Shown piece after piece: positions 7,355-21,226 of a stretch of 64,000 bases of DNA. The stretch comes from an uncultured Pelagibacteraceae bacterium (lineage in GTDB: Bacteria > Pseudomonadota > Alphaproteobacteria > Pelagibacterales > Pelagibacteraceae): NCBI GenBank assembly GCA_902601705.1, contig CACKNV010000002.1, positions 44,043 to 108,042 of the forward strand, read 5' to 3'. How positions within the stretch are numbered: position 1 is the stretch's first letter; every line of letters starts with the position of its first letter. Below the pieces are notes generated by a model. It worked only from the letters and a program-made list of their open reading frames with translations. It ran no database searches and was not told the DNA's origin. The translations under genes were made by a program, and so were the position numbers.

Positions 7355-9142
7355 TTAATCCCTATTTAGCTGACTTTTAAGCTTAACAAGCTCTGAGTAG
7401 GAGTTTTCATCTAAGTTATTAATGAGTTTTTGCTCCAGAGATTCTAATTTTCTTAAGTTACTTTGTTCTTTGTGGTCTTTAATCAATTCATCAAATAGAT
7501 TAACAACTTCTTCCTCGTTTTTATTTTTTATAATAATTTGAATATTAGAATTTTCATTTATTTCACTAACAATTTTTTCATAATTAGAATTAATCTTTTT
7601 ATTAATTGCCTCTTTATCATTTCCTTCCATTAAATAAGTGGTAATTTCCTTTTTTAAATTTTCATTTTTGTCAGCTAGAAATTCTATTTCTGATAAATCC
7701 TCCAATTTTTTTTCAGCTATTTCTAAATAATTTAAGATTATGTATAAAATTGAAAATTCAATAATTTGTATTCTAGACAAATCTTTTCTTTTTTGATGCA
7801 AAATTTTTGTCTCCTTGAGAATTTGATAATTTTTTTTATTCTTATATGAAGAATATTTATAATCTCGACTTGAAGATTGTATTGGAGTTAATTTTTTAAT
7901 TTTTTCAAGAAAATCCTCTAAAACATATTTTTTTAATGTCTCATCTTGAATTGAATATGACAAACTTTTAATTTCTTTTTCAAATTTAGAAATTTCATAA
8001 GGATTATTCTGGTCTATTTTACTAAGGTGATAATTCCAAATAAATGATTGTATTATTTCTTTTTCTTTTAACAAATTTATTAATCCATCTTTACCTTTCT
8101 GTTTTATATAATCATCTGGATCAGTTCCATCAGGCATGATTGAGAAATAAATTTTATTTTTTTCATTGATTAATGGAAATAACTTTTCTGCAATTCTTAA
8201 AGCAGCTTTTTGGCCGCTTTCATCTCCATCTAAGCAAATAATAGGGTTTGAAAAAAACTTCCATATCAAACTGATTTGTCTTTCCGTAAGAGCTGTGCCC
8301 GAGTTTGCAATTACATTTTTTACTCCAGATGAGTATACGCTCACAACATCCATATATCCTTCTACAATAATAACCTCGTCTGTTTCTGATCTTAAGTCTT
8401 TGGCTTTATCTAAATTGAAAATCATATTCCCTTTTTTATAAAACTCTGTTTCTGGTGAATTTATATATTTTGCTAATTTACTCTCACGGATAATTCTTCC
8501 ACCAAAAGCAATCGTATCTCCTGTTATATTGTTAACAGGAAATGTTATTCTTGAGTTAAACCTGTCTATAAATTTTTCAGTTTTATCATTTTTGTAGTAT
8601 AGACCAGTCAATTTAATTTCTTCTTCAGAATAACTTTTTAGTAATTCTTCATAAAAGTTGTTTTGCCAAGGCACATACCCTAATCGGAACTCTTCTATTA
8701 TATTTTTTTTTAAACCTCTTTTTAGAAGATATTCTAATGCTTCTTTATTTTCTGATTTAAATAATTGTTTATGAAAATAATTCGAATAATTATTTAAAAT
8801 ATTTTTATAAGTTTGAAATCTTAGATCTTTTTTTTTATCAAAATTAGAAAATCTATAAGGCTGCATTCCCGCTTCAGCTGCTAAAGATCTTACTGCTTCT
8901 CCAAATCCTATAGATTTTGTTTTCATTAAAAAATCAAAAATGTTTCCATGTTCACCACTACTAAAACAATGATAAAATTCTTTCTCATCATTAACAGTGA
9001 AGGATGGACTTTTCTCATTCTTAAAAGGTGACAGTCCAATAAACTCTTTTCCCCTCTTTTTTAACTGAACTGTTTTACCTACAACTTGAGATACTTTTAA
9101 TCTCAATTTAATTTCGTCAAGATATTCTTTAGGGTATTTCAT
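7355..9142 (-). CDS. dnaG: DNA primase DnaG
   Basis: The N-terminal zf-CHC2-like segment reads GLSPFKNEKSPSFTVNDEKEFYHCFSSGEHGNIFDFLM. TOPRIM motifs are present (IIVEGYMDV, LDGDESGQKAA). Confidence 0.93.
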   Translation of the reverse strand: MKYPKEYLDEIKLRLKVSQVVGKTVQLKKRGKEFIGLSPFKNEKSPSFTVNDEKEFYHCFSSGEHGNIFDFLMKTKSIGFGEAVRSLAAEAGMQPYRFSNFDKKKDLRFQTYKNILNNYSNYFHKQLFKSENKEALEYLLKRGLKKNIIEEFRLGYVPWQNNFYEELLKSYSEEEIKLTGLYYKNDKTEKFIDRFNSRITFPVNNITGDTIAFGGRIIRESKLAKYINSPETEFYKKGNMIFNLDKAKDLRSETDEVIIVEGYMDVVSVYSSGVKNVIANSGTALTERQISLIWKFFSNPIICLDGDESGQKAALRIAEKLFPLINEKNKIYFSIMPDGTDPDDYIKQKGKDGLINLLKEKEIIQSFIWNYHLSKIDQNNPYEISKFEKEIKSLSYSIQDETLKKYVLEDFLEKIKKLTPIQSSSRDYKYSSYKNKKNYQILKETKILHQKRKDLSRIQIIEFSILYIILNYLEIAEKKLEDLSEIEFLADKNENLKKEITTYLMEGNDKEAINKKINSNYEKIVSEINENSNIQIIIKNKNEEEVVNLFDELIKDHKEQSNLRKLESLEQKLINNLDENSYSELVKLKSQLNRD

Positions 9143-9598
9143 TTAGTTTAAAAGTTTTTTTATAATTGAGCTCACTTTCGAAAAATCAAGAGTGTCTGCG
9201 TGTTTTGATTTTAAAACTCCCATAACTTTTCCCATATCTTTAATAGAAGAAGCGCCAGATGATTTTATAGCTTCCTCACAAATCTTTTTAGTCTCTTCCT
9301 CACTAAGTTGTTTGGGTAAAAAAGCACTTATAACTTGGATTTCTTTTGTTTCATTTTCTAAAAGTTCATTTCTTCCAGCTTTTTTATACACCTCGCACGA
9401 CTCGTTTCTTTGTTTAATCATTTTTTTTAAAATTGCAGTTATTTCGCTCTCCGTCATTTCCTTTTGACCTTTTGTTCTACTTGCTATCTCAGCATCTTTT
9501 ATAGCTGATACTACTAATCTAAGGGTAGGATATGTGCTCTTGTCCTTTGCCTTGAGTGCCTCATTAAGTTTTTCTTCAATTAGCTTTTTTAAAGACAT
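9143..9598 (-). CDS. yqeY: GatB/YqeY domain protein
   Basis: MSLKKLIEEKLNEALKAKDK...LRLVVSAIKDAEI... matches the YqeY family pattern. Its stop directly abuts the dnaG start as TAAATG. Confidence 0.8.
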   Translation of the reverse strand: MSLKKLIEEKLNEALKAKDKSTYPTLRLVVSAIKDAEIASRTKGQKEMTESEITAILKKMIKQRNESCEVYKKAGRNELLENETKEIQVISAFLPKQLSEEETKKICEEAIKSSGASSIKDMGKVMGVLKSKHADTLDFSKVSSIIKKLLN

Positions 9599-9649
9599 GA
9601 TTAAAATTTATTTTAATCACAATTCTAATCTAAAATAAAAAGAACTTTC

Positions 9650-9678
9650 TTGACGATTTAATTACTATTTCATATGTT
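9650..9678 (+). promoter_or_regulatory. Candidate sigma-70 promoter for carAB
   Basis: TTGACG (9650-9655) is followed by a 17-nt spacer and TATGTT (9673-9678), about 45 nt upstream of the carA start. Confidence 0.3.
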
Positions 9679-9720
9679 GCGCAAAATCATGTTTATAAGT
9701 ATTTTACTTTAACTCATGAG

Positions 9721-10929
9721 TTGTATTTGAAACCTTTTATTCAAAATATAAACTCAATTAAAAATCTTAATAAGATCGATTCCAACGCTATTTTAATTCT
9801 ACAAAATGGAAAATTTTTTAAAGGCTTAGGTCTTGGCTATCAAGGTACAGCTACGGGTGAAGTGTGTTTCAATACTTCTATAACAGGTTATCAAGAAATA
9901 ATTTCAGATCCGTCTTATGCTGATCAAATTATAAATTTTACATTTCCTCATGTTGGTAACGTGGGAACTAATCAAGAAGATCATGAGTCTGAAAAAATTT
10001 GGACTAAAGGAGTTGTTTTAAATTCTGAAATTACAAGTCCTTCAAACTACAGATCCTTCAAACACTTGGATGAATGGTTAAAAAAGAATAAAATTGTGGG
10101 AATTACTGGTATTGACACAAGAAATCTCACAAATTTAATAAGAGATAAAGGAGCGCCCAAAGGAACCATATCCTATTTAAAGAATAATAAGTTTAATATT
10201 AGAAAAATTCTAAGACAAACACAAAAATGGAGCGGCCTTAAAAATTTAGATTTAGCTCAAAAAGTTTCTACGAAAAAAAATTATATTTGGAAAGGATTAA
10301 AGACATGGAAAAAAGAAACAGGCTATGTAAAAAATAATAAAAAAAATTTCCATGTAGTGGCAATTGATTATGGAATAAAAAAAAATATTTTAAGATATTT
10401 TTCAGATTTTAATTGTAAAGTTACAGTAGTTTCTTGTAAAACATTAGCAGCAGAAATAATTAAACTCAAACCAAACGGAATTTTTCTCTCAAATGGGCCT
10501 GGTGATCCTGCTGCAACTGGAAAATACGCAATACCTATTGTTAAAGAACTAATTAAAAAAAATTTACCTATATTTGGCATTTGTCTTGGTCATCAAATTC
10601 TTGCTTTAGCATTAGGTGCGAAAACAAAAAAAATGAGTCTCGGTCATAGGGGTGCCAATCATCCAGTCAAAAATTTAATTAATGGAAATGTAGAAATTAC
10701 AAGTCAAAATCATGGGTTTGAAGTTGTAAAAAGTAGTTTAAAAAAGAATGTACAAATTACTCATATATCTCTTTTTGATAACAGTATTGAGGGAATAAGA
10801 TTAAAAAATAAACCAGTTTACTCTGTGCAATATCATCCTGAGTCTAACCCTGGTCCTCAAGATAGTGTTTATTTATTTGAAGAGTTTATAAAAAGTTTAA
10901 AAAAAAATGCCAAAAAGAAAAGATATTAA
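9721..10929 (+). CDS. carA: Carbamoyl-phosphate synthase small (glutaminase) subunit
   Basis: Motifs: [45 protein letters not shown]. The track start is TTG at 9721. The conserved core begins about 20 codons later, so the start is uncertain (a second TTG lies at 9727). Confidence 0.93.
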   Translation: MYLKPFIQNINSIKNLNKIDSNAILILQNGKFFKGLGLGYQGTATGEVCFNTSITGYQEIISDPSYADQIINFTFPHVGNVGTNQEDHESEKIWTKGVVLNSEITSPSNYRSFKHLDEWLKKNKIVGITGIDTRNLTNLIRDKGAPKGTISYLKNNKFNIRKILRQTQKWSGLKNLDLAQKVSTKKNYIWKGLKTWKKETGYVKNNKKNFHVVAIDYGIKKNILRYFSDFNCKVTVVSCKTLAAEIIKLKPNGIFLSNGPGDPAATGKYAIPIVKELIKKNLPIFGICLGHQILALALGAKTKKMSLGHRGANHPVKNLINGNVEITSQNHGFEVVKSSLKKNVQITHISLFDNSIEGIRLKNKPVYSVQYHPESNPGPQDSVYLFEEFIKSLKKNAKKKRY

Positions 10930-13900
10930 AAAAATTTTAGTTGTTGGTGCTGGACCAATTATTATTGGTCAAGCCTGCGAATTTGATTATTCAGGAACTC
11001 AAGCGTGTAAGGCATTAAAAGATGAAGGATACAAAGTAATTTTAATAAATTCTAATCCTGCAACCATAATGACTGATCCAAATATTGCAGATAAAACATA
11101 CATCGAGCCTATCACAATAGAAGTTCTTGAAAAAATCCTTTTAAAAGAAAAGCCCGATGCAATTTTACCGACCATGGGAGGTCAGACAGCATTAAATTTA
11201 GCAATGGAAGCTGAAAAAAAAGGAATTCTTAAAAAATATAAAATAGAACTAATAGGTGCTAACTCAAAAGCAATTTCTAATGCGGAAGATAGGAAAAAAT
11301 TTAGAAAAAATATGATCGAAATTGGTTTGGACCTTCCTAAATCAAAAATTGTAAATAATTTAAATCAGTCGACCAAAGCATTAAAGCAGATCGGTTTACC
11401 TGCAATAATTAGACCGGCTTTCACTCTCGGTGGGTTAGGAGGTGGAATTGCTAAAAATAAAAAGGAGTTTTTTAAAATAATAAAGAATGGACTACATGAG
11501 TCACCTGTCAATCAAGTTTTAGTAGAGGAGTGTCTGGAGGGTTGGAAGGAATTTGAGATGGAAGTAGTCAGAGATAAAAATGATAATTGTATCATTATTT
11601 GTTCAATAGAAAATGTAGACCCCATGGGTATACACACTGGCGACTCAGTTACTATTGCACCTGCGCTTACTTTAACTGACAAAGAGTATCAAGTTATGAG
11701 GAATGCTTCTATAGCATGCTTAAGAAAAATTGGAGTGGAAACAGGAGGATCTAATGTTCAATTTGCGATCAATCCAAAAAATGGAAGAATGGTGATTATT
11801 GAGATGAACCCAAGAGTTTCAAGATCATCTGCTTTAGCCTCTAAAGCTACTGGATTTCCAATAGCAAAAGTAGCTGCGAAGCTTGCTATTGGTTACACTT
11901 TAGATGAATTAAAAAATGAAATTACAAAAGTAACACCTGCCTCTTTTGAACCTACAATAGACTATGTTGTAACGAAAATTCCAAGATTTACGTTTGAAAA
12001 ATTCTCGAGTTCTCCTGCAATTTTAGGAACATCAATGAAATCTGTGGGTGAGGCAATGGCAATAGGAAGAAATTTTAAAGAGTCCTTGCAAAAAGCTTTG
12101 GTTTCTTTGGAGACAGGTTTCTCAGGTTTGGATCAAATATTTAATCTAGAAAAGAAAAAAATAGAAAAGAAACTGAAAAAGAACATTCCAAATAAAATTT
12201 TACTTGTTGCTGAAGCTATAAGAAAAAAAATCAATTTAAAAAAAATTCATAAACTCTCAAAAATTGATCCTTGGTTTTTAAGTCAAATTAAAGAAGTAGT
12301 AGATAAGGAAATCGAAATAAAGAAAAAAGGTCTTCCCAATGCTTTTAATGAATTTAACTATATTAAATCAATTGGATTTTCTGATAAGAAATTATCTGAA
12401 CTAACAAAACTTTCAGAAACATTAATTAGGAAAAGAAGAACTGCATTAAAAGTTTTTCCAGTTTATAAAAAAGTAGATACTTGTGCTGCAGAATTTAAGT
12501 CTTTTACTCCATACATGTACTCTACATATCAAAGGAATTTATCAGCTTACACAGAATGTGAAGCTGATCCAACTAACAGAAATAAGATAATTATACTTGG
12601 CGGAGGTCCAAATAGAATTGGTCAAGGAATAGAATTTGATTATTGTTGTTGCCAAGCTAGTTTTGCTCTCAAAGAAGCTAAATATGAAACAATCATGGTT
12701 AATTGTAATCCAGAAACTGTATCAACAGATTATGATACAAGTGATAGATTATATTTTGAACCTTTAATTGATGAATACGTTTTCAACATTATAAAAAAAG
12801 AAAATTCAAATGGTAGTGTGAAAGGTGTTATCACACAATTTGGAGGGCAAACTCCTATTAAACTTGCAAAATTTTTACACGAAAATAAGCTTCCAATTTT
12901 AGGAACACAATACACGTCAATTGATCTTGCTGAGGATAGAGATAGATTTAGAAATCTTTTAAATAAACTTAATTTGAAACAAGCTGAAAGTGGTATAGCT
13001 AGAACTTTTCCTCAAGCGATAAAAATTGCAGATAAGATTGGTTTACCTTTAGTGGTTAGGCCATCTTATGTGTTAGGTGGAAGAGCGATGGAAATCGTTT
13101 ATGAAAAAAGCCAACTTAAAGAATTTGTAAAAGAAGCATTTAAAGTTGCTGAAAAAAATCCAATCTTAATTGATAAATTTATTGATAATGCAATGGAGGT
13201 TGATGTTGATGCAATATCGGATGGCAAAAATGTTTTTGTAGCAGGAATAATGCAGCATATTGAAGAAGCAGGAATACACTCGGGTGACTCAGCATGTAGT
13301 TTGCCTCCCGTATCAATTAAATCTTTTTTAATAAAAGAAATTGAGAATCAAACAAAAAAATTAGCTTTAGCACTTAAAGTTAAAGGTTTTATGAATGTTC
13401 AATATGCAATTAAAAAAGATGAAATTTATGTAATCGAAGTAAATCCAAGAGCAAGTAGAACTGTGCCATTTGTCTCAAAAGCTAAAAATTTACCACTTGC
13501 TAAGATAGCCTCTAGAGTGATGGCAGGAGAGCATTTGTCCAAGTTTAATTTAATAAGCAAGACCAAAGACATGTTTGCAGTTAAGGAATCTGTTTTTCCA
13601 TTCAATAAGTTCCCTAATAGTGACCTTTTGCTTGGACCAGAAATGAAATCTACAGGTGAAGTAATGGGCTTTGATAAAAACTTTGGAATGGCTTTTGCTA
13701 AAAGTCAGATCGCAGCTTCAAACTCTCTTCCAAAAAAAGGCTTAGCTTTTATTTCTTTGAAAAATAGTCATAAAGAAGAGGGGGTACAATTAGCAAAACA
13801 ATTAATTAAATTAAATTTTTCTCTTTGTGGAACTAGAGGTACGGCTGATTATATTAATCAACACGGAATAAAGTGTAAAAAAATAAATAAAGTAAATCAA

Positions 13901-14131
13901 GGCTCTCCGCATATTGTAGACGTTTTAAATGCTAAAAAAATAGCATTAGTTATTAATACAGGAGGTGGAAATAGTGAGACTCAGCTGAGCGACGCCGTAG
14001 CATTAAGAAGGGCCACTCTGGCTAACAAAGTTCCATATTGCACTAATATGTCCACGGCTAAAGTTTGTTTGGAAGGAATTAAATCTCTAAAATTGAGAGA
14101 TATTAGTGTTACTTCCTTGCAAGATATTTAA
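10907..14131 (+). CDS. carB: Carbamoyl-phosphate synthase large subunit
   Basis: 1074 aa with duplicated ATP-grasp halves ([17 protein letters not shown] and [17 protein letters not shown]) and a C-terminal MGS-like domain. Confidence 0.98.
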   Translation: MPKRKDIKKILVVGAGPIIIGQACEFDYSGTQACKALKDEGYKVILINSNPATIMTDPNIADKTYIEPITIEVLEKILLKEKPDAILPTMGGQTALNLAMEAEKKGILKKYKIELIGANSKAISNAEDRKKFRKNMIEIGLDLPKSKIVNNLNQSTKALKQIGLPAIIRPAFTLGGLGGGIAKNKKEFFKIIKNGLHESPVNQVLVEECLEGWKEFEMEVVRDKNDNCIIICSIENVDPMGIHTGDSVTIAPALTLTDKEYQVMRNASIACLRKIGVETGGSNVQFAINPKNGRMVIIEMNPRVSRSSALASKATGFPIAKVAAKLAIGYTLDELKNEITKVTPASFEPTIDYVVTKIPRFTFEKFSSSPAILGTSMKSVGEAMAIGRNFKESLQKALVSLETGFSGLDQIFNLEKKKIEKKLKKNIPNKILLVAEAIRKKINLKKIHKLSKIDPWFLSQIKEVVDKEIEIKKKGLPNAFNEFNYIKSIGFSDKKLSELTKLSETLIRKRRTALKVFPVYKKVDTCAAEFKSFTPYMYSTYQRNLSAYTECEADPTNRNKIIILGGGPNRIGQGIEFDYCCCQASFALKEAKYETIMVNCNPETVSTDYDTSDRLYFEPLIDEYVFNIIKKENSNGSVKGVITQFGGQTPIKLAKFLHENKLPILGTQYTSIDLAEDRDRFRNLLNKLNLKQAESGIARTFPQAIKIADKIGLPLVVRPSYVLGGRAMEIVYEKSQLKEFVKEAFKVAEKNPILIDKFIDNAMEVDVDAISDGKNVFVAGIMQHIEEAGIHSGDSACSLPPVSIKSFLIKEIENQTKKLALALKVKGFMNVQYAIKKDEIYVIEVNPRASRTVPFVSKAKNLPLAKIASRVMAGEHLSKFNLISKTKDMFAVKESVFPFNKFPNSDLLLGPEMKSTGEVMGFDKNFGMAFAKSQIAASNSLPKKGLAFISLKNSHKEEGVQLAKQLIKLNFSLCGTRGTADYINQHGIKCKKINKVNQGSPHIVDVLNAKKIALVINTGGGNSETQLSDAVALRRATLANKVPYCTNMSTAKVCLEGIKSLKLRDISVTSLQDI

Positions 14132-14793
14132 CTTTTTACTTTCCAATCAGTCTCAAAAGTAACATAGTTTATTTGAATGCATCTTCTCTCTTTTTTAATC
14201 TCTTTTTTTTCCATACCATGCCAAGTATTTGGTCCACTTGTAAAGAAATATCCATAATTATGTTTATAAGGAACTGTTTTTACTTTATTTAATTTTGCAT
14301 CATAAAAATCTGTTCCTAAATTTTCTGATTCGTTATGTAAATTTACGAATACAATAGAGGACATTAATTTCTCTTGGATATCACAATGAGGTTTCAGCCA
14401 AAAACCTTCTCTGTCACAAATTACCTCTAGTCTTACAAAAGAATTACTTAAATCTTTACCAATTAATGATCCAATTTTTTTATGAACTTCAGGTGATCTT
14501 AATTCCTCAATAAATTTAGTTAAGTTAGGAAATTGACCAGAATTTTCTTTGGTAACATAGCATCTAAGCTTTTTAGCTTTACCTCCATCTTTAATTCCTG
14601 CCCTAAAAGCTCCTCCTCCGCCATCTAGCGCTCTTGTTCCATCATAGTTTAAATTTTGTTTTCTAGGATCAGCTATATCAGCATTGCAAATCTCATCTAT
14701 AGCATTTTGTGTTAATGGTTCATTGATTTCAAAATGTTTGAATGGATCGCTAAATAATTTTGTTCTTTTTTCTAAAGATTTAAATAATTCCAT
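14128..14793 (-). CDS. Hypothetical protein, putative 2-oxoglutarate/Fe(II)-dependent oxygenase fold
   Basis: An HxD...H...R arrangement is present: [21 protein letters not shown]. No closer family was recognised. It overlaps the upstream ELM1-like gene by 14 nt. Confidence 0.4.
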   Translation of the reverse strand: MELFKSLEKRTKLFSDPFKHFEINEPLTQNAIDEICNADIADPRKQNLNYDGTRALDGGGGAFRAGIKDGGKAKKLRCYVTKENSGQFPNLTKFIEELRSPEVHKKIGSLIGKDLSNSFVRLEVICDREGFWLKPHCDIQEKLMSSIVFVNLHNESENLGTDFYDAKLNKVKTVPYKHNYGYFFTSGPNTWHGMEKKEIKKERRCIQINYVTFETDWKVKS

Positions 14794-15733
14794 TTTTTCT
14801 CATTTTTGCTTTTACGATTGGAGCTATTCTATTTACCTCATTTAACTTATTGTAACTCCAACTTTCAACAGTATTATCTAACACTCTTGTTATACCTAAA
14901 TCTCTTAATTGTGAATAAAATTTTTTAAATCTTCCTGTTGGTTTTAAAGAGCTCATCATCGCTATATACACTGGCTTGCCAGTCATAGCTGCCTCAGAAA
15001 TCATTGACGTAGAGTCGCATGTAACAACAATATAATTGGAAATTGCTAATGCAGAAAGATAAGCTTTTTTATCAATAGTTTTTACCACATGATGATCCAC
15101 ATTGAATGTATTGTAGGCTATCTTTAAAATATTTTCAGGAGTTCGATAAGAGGGAATGACAATGATCTTAAATTTATCCGGAGTGAATAAAGTTTTTACT
15201 TTGTTAAAAAGTGCATGAATTTGTTTTTCCGAATACTTATAATATTTATTAGGTCCACCAATAATAAAAGCAATCAATTCCTTCCTCTTGTCTTTTTCTA
15301 TTCCTAAATATAGAGAGTTATCCATAATTTCTTTTTTTGTTAAATAATGTATAGCTCCCGTAGTGTTAATTATATTTTCGCCTTTTAGATTGTCATGTTC
15401 TGGGCTTACAATAAGATCAAAATGTTTGAATGATATTTTTGGATCTTGGATATGAATATTAAAAACTTCTTTTCCCAGTCTTTTTTTTAATGCAATCGAA
15501 GGTATTACACTTTTTCTTCCACAAGAAATAATGACTTTACAATCACAAACAAATTTATTTTTTACCAAATTTTCTGATATTGGACTGATTTTAGGAGGGA
15601 TTAAATTCCAAAAAGATTTTAATTCAATTTTTTGATGTTTATAACTTAGACCCAGGGCTTTAGCTAATCCCTCTACTTGGCTAACCATGCCGTGCATACC
15701 TTGCGTTAAAAGAAGTGCTTTTAATTCTAACAT
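14780..15733 (-). CDS. ELM1/DUF1022 family protein (mitochondrial-fission ELM1 homologue, GT-B-like fold)
   Basis: The pattern LLTQGMHGMVSQVEGLAKALG, FDLIVSPEHD, IIGGPNK, PSYRTPE, DSTSMISEAAMTGKPVY matches what I recall of Pfam Mito_fiss_Elm1. Confidence 0.55.
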   Translation of the reverse strand: MLELKALLLTQGMHGMVSQVEGLAKALGLSYKHQKIELKSFWNLIPPKISPISENLVKNKFVCDCKVIISCGRKSVIPSIALKKRLGKEVFNIHIQDPKISFKHFDLIVSPEHDNLKGENIINTTGAIHYLTKKEIMDNSLYLGIEKDKRKELIAFIIGGPNKYYKYSEKQIHALFNKVKTLFTPDKFKIIVIPSYRTPENILKIAYNTFNVDHHVVKTIDKKAYLSALAISNYIVVTCDSTSMISEAAMTGKPVYIAMMSSLKPTGRFKKFYSQLRDLGITRVLDNTVESWSYNKLNEVNRIAPIVKAKMRKNGII

Positions 15734-15756
15734 TAGTTATTATATACCTTTACATA

Positions 15757-17893
<2,137 letters not shown>

Positions 17894-17925
17894 TTATAAT
17901 AATTTATAAATACTATTAACATATA

Positions 17926-20097
17926 ATGCAAAATACTTATCAAGAAAAATTAGCTGACCTGGAGGTTAATAACTCTAAAAAAATTAAGAAGTTAGAGGGA
18001 GGTATTAATTTTAAAATTAAAAGTGATTTTCAACCTAGCGGCGACCAGCCTGACGCAATAAAACAAATTTTAAAAAATTTAAAAGATAATAAACAAGAAC
18101 AAGTACTTTTAGGGGTAACAGGTTCCGGCAAGACTTTTACTATGGCGAAAGTTATTGAAAAAGCTAATAGGCCAGCCTTAATTCTAGCTCCCAATAAAAC
18201 TTTGGCCGCTCAATTATACGGGGAGTTTAAAAGTTTTTTTCCAGACAATGCTGTTGAATATTTTGTTTCATATTATGATTACTACACTCCAGAAGCTTAC
18301 GTGCCTAGATCAGATACTTATATAGAAAAAGAGGCGTCAATAAATGAACAAATAGATCGTATGAGGCACTCAGCGACTAGATCTTTGCTGGAAAGAGATG
18401 ATGTAATTATTGTAGCAAGCGTATCATGTATTTATGGTCTAGGTTCTGTAGAGGCATACTCAAAAATGACAATAACTTTAAAAAAAAATTACGAATATGA
18501 ACGAGATGATTTAATCAGAGCTTTTATAAATTTACAGTACAAAAGAAATGATCAAAATTTTTTTAGAGGCACTTTTAGGGTAAGAGGAGAGAATTTAGAA
18601 ATTTTTCCATCGCATTTGGAGGATAGAGCTTGGAGGATAAGTTTTAATTTAAATAAATTAGAAAAAATTGAAGAATTTGATCCTCTTACTGGTGATAAAA
18701 CAAATGATTACTCCATTATAAAAATTTATGCTAATAGCCACTACATAACTCCTAAACCAACTATCGATCAGGCTATAAGGCAAATAAAATCTGAATTAGC
18801 TGAAACTTTAAAAAAACACAGAGAGAATAATAAACTTTTAGAGGAGCAGCGACTAAGGGAAAGAACTAAATTTGATTTAGAAATGATTGAAGCGACTGGA
18901 ACTTGTGCAGGCATCGAAAATTATTCGAGGTTTTTGTCTGGAAGAAAAGCTGGAGAACCTCCACCTACTCTATTTGAATATTTTCCGGATAATGCAATAA
19001 TATTTGTAGATGAAAGTCACGTAACTGTACCTCAGTTAAATGGAATGTATAAAGGAGACCGTACAAGAAAGAGCACATTAGCTGAGTATGGATTTAGACT
19101 ACCATCCTGTATGGATAATAGACCTTTAAAGTTTGAAGAGTGGGATTTAATGAGAACACAGACAATATTCGTATCTGCTACACCGGGGCCATGGGAACTC
19201 AAACAAACCAGCAATAAACACATTGACCAAATTATTAGGCCAACAGGTTTAATAGATCCGCCTGTAGAGATAAGGCCAGCTAAAACTCAGGTAGATGATC
19301 TTATGCATGAAGCAAAAGAAATTGTGAAAAAGGGTTACAGAGTTCTTGCCACAACTCTTACTAAAAAGATGGCAGAAGATCTTACTGAATACCTTCACGA
19401 AAATGGTCTTAAAGTAAGATACATGCACTCCGATATTGATACTCTTGAAAGAATTGAAATTATTAGAGATTTAAGAATGGGAGTATTTGATATTCTTGTC
19501 GGTATAAACTTATTGCGAGAGGGACTAGATATACCCGAGTGCGCTCTAGTAGCAATTTTAGATGCAGATAAAGAGGGTTTTTTAAGATCTGAAACTTCAT
19601 TAATACAAACTATTGGAAGAGCTGCTCGTAATATAGACGGTAAAGTAATTTTGTATGCAGATAAAGTCACTAAAAGTATAGATAAAGCAATAAAGGAAAC
19701 AGAGAGAAGAAGAAATAAACAATTAGAATATAATAAAAAAAATGGAATAACTGCAGAGTCTGTCAAAAAAGAAATAAGCGATATTTTAGAATCTGTTTAC
19801 GAAAAAGATTACGTAAAAATTAGCGAAGGTTCAAATGTAGGTGGAAACTTAAAAAAACATTTAAAAGCATTAAATAGAAAAATGAAAGAAGCTGCGTCTA
19901 ACCTGGAATTTGAGGAAGCCGCAAAATTAAGAGATGAAATGAGAAAGCTGGAAGCAAGTGAGCTTGAAATAACTTTAAATCCAAAAATTTCTCAATATAA
20001 TTTAAAAAGTAAGGTTTACCCAAAAGGGAGATCAACGATGGGCATGCCTGGTACAAAACCTAAAAAAGCGATTAAAAAATGGAAGCCAAAAAAGTAA
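17926..20097 (+). CDS. uvrB: Excinuclease ABC subunit B
   Basis: Motifs: [27 protein letters not shown] domain [18 protein letters not shown] basic tail of about 50 aa overlaps the next gene. Confidence 0.97.
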   Translation: MQNTYQEKLADLEVNNSKKIKKLEGGINFKIKSDFQPSGDQPDAIKQILKNLKDNKQEQVLLGVTGSGKTFTMAKVIEKANRPALILAPNKTLAAQLYGEFKSFFPDNAVEYFVSYYDYYTPEAYVPRSDTYIEKEASINEQIDRMRHSATRSLLERDDVIIVASVSCIYGLGSVEAYSKMTITLKKNYEYERDDLIRAFINLQYKRNDQNFFRGTFRVRGENLEIFPSHLEDRAWRISFNLNKLEKIEEFDPLTGDKTNDYSIIKIYANSHYITPKPTIDQAIRQIKSELAETLKKHRENNKLLEEQRLRERTKFDLEMIEATGTCAGIENYSRFLSGRKAGEPPPTLFEYFPDNAIIFVDESHVTVPQLNGMYKGDRTRKSTLAEYGFRLPSCMDNRPLKFEEWDLMRTQTIFVSATPGPWELKQTSNKHIDQIIRPTGLIDPPVEIRPAKTQVDDLMHEAKEIVKKGYRVLATTLTKKMAEDLTEYLHENGLKVRYMHSDIDTLERIEIIRDLRMGVFDILVGINLLREGLDIPECALVAILDADKEGFLRSETSLIQTIGRAARNIDGKVILYADKVTKSIDKAIKETERRRNKQLEYNKKNGITAESVKKEISDILESVYEKDYVKISEGSNVGGNLKKHLKALNRKMKEAASNLEFEEAAKLRDEMRKLEASELEITLNPKISQYNLKSKVYPKGRSTMGMPGTKPKKAIKKWKPKK

Positions 20098-20834
20098 TAA
20101 TAACCGGTGGAGCTACAAGAATAGGTGCTTCTATCGCAAAAAGCCTAGTAGGTTTCGATACAAAAATTGTTATTCATTTCAATCGTTCTAAAAGTAGTGC
20201 ATTAAAATTAAAAAAAGAACTAGAGAGTCTTGGTGCCGAAACTTATTTATTAAAGGCAGATTTAAATAATTTTAAGCAAACAAACAGTTTAATTAAGAAT
20301 GCGTATTCAAAAATGAGAGGTTTAGATTGTTTGATTAATAATGCCTCTGTTTTTGAAAACGATAATCTTAAAAATTTCTCTGAAAAATCTTTTACAAAAC
20401 ATATTAATATTAACTTAAAAGCGCCAGCAATTTTAACTCAAAATTTTCATAAGTTTGTAAGAGATAAAGATGGATGCATTATCAATATTATTGACCAAAG
20501 AGTTGAAAAATTAACTCCCTTTTTTTTCTCGTATACCTTGAGTAAATCTTCTTTAGCGGTTTTAACAAAAACCTCAGCTATGAAACTAGCTCCCAATATT
20601 AGAGTGAATGGTATCTCACCTGGTCCTACTTTAAAAAATAAAAGACAATCTGAGAGACATTTTAAGAAACAGTGGAAGTCAATAATATTAAGAAAAAAAG
20701 TAGATTTAGAAAATATCTGTAATGGGGTAAAATTTCTTATTGAAAGTAAAAGTATAACTGGAGAAATAATTAACATTGACGGCGGGCAAAGACTTGCATG
20801 GCAAACGCCTGATATAATTAATACAAAAGAATGA
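20079..20834 (+). CDS. Short-chain dehydrogenase/reductase, pteridine reductase (FolM/PTR1)-like by context
   Basis: Motifs: [26 protein letters not shown]. It overlaps the following folB by 4 nt (ATGA). Confidence 0.65.
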   Translation: MEAKKVIITGGATRIGASIAKSLVGFDTKIVIHFNRSKSSALKLKKELESLGAETYLLKADLNNFKQTNSLIKNAYSKMRGLDCLINNASVFENDNLKNFSEKSFTKHININLKAPAILTQNFHKFVRDKDGCIINIIDQRVEKLTPFFFSYTLSKSSLAVLTKTSAMKLAPNIRVNGISPGPTLKNKRQSERHFKKQWKSIILRKKVDLENICNGVKFLIESKSITGEIINIDGGQRLAWQTPDIINTKE

Positions 20835-21226
20835 AAATAATAAAATTTAAAAAAAGAGAAAAATTTAAATACAAAAGAAAAGTAATCATCAAAGATCTTA
20901 CTTTGAAGATTTTTATTGGAATACATAATTTCGAGAAAAAAAAGAAGCAAAGGGTAAAATTTAATATTGAAATTTTGACAAATCCTTATGTGTCTCCAAA
21001 TAGTAAAGACCTAAATTCAATTTTAAATTATGAAGAGGTTGTAACGAAAATTGAAAAACTTACAAATTCAATACACCACGAATTACTTGAGGATTTGGCG
21101 GAAAATATTTTTAATATTATTTTTAAAAACAAACTTGTTAAAAAAATAAGTTTAAAATTAGAAAAGCTAGATATCTTAAAAAAAACCAAATCTGTTGGTA
21201 TTGCAGTATCAAAGACTAAAATATGA
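20831..21226 (+). CDS. folB: Dihydroneopterin aldolase
   Basis: [29 protein letters not shown]...DY-like core...LLEDLAENI matches the FolB family pattern. Size is 131 aa. Confidence 0.7.
   Translation: MKIIKFKKREKFKYKRKVIIKDLTLKIFIGIHNFEKKKKQRVKFNIEILTNPYVSPNSKDLNSILNYEEVVTKIEKLTNSIHHELLEDLAENIFNIIFKNKLVKKISLKLEKLDILKKTKSVGIAVSKTKI

Noticed and set aside
9689-9729. Two tiny ORFs (MFISILL at 9689-9712 and MSCI at 9715-9729) in the carA leader that might form an attenuator.
   Set aside because: I could find no terminator/antiterminator hairpins, and the peptides have no meaningful codon bias for a regulatory amino acid or nucleotide signal. Short ORFs like these arise by chance in AT-rich leaders.
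20447-20950. A 167-aa ORF antisense to the SDR and folB genes. Other long antisense ORFs in the track include 19395-19766, 43505-43840, 51469-51780, 55698-56027, 60552-60908 and 63229-63642.
   Set aside because: All of them lie opposite well-supported conserved genes. They translate to F/I/L/S-rich low-complexity sequence, which is what you expect from reading K/E/N-rich codons backwards. None has a recognisable motif or its own start context. In this frame the stop codons are suppressed by the sense-strand codon usage.
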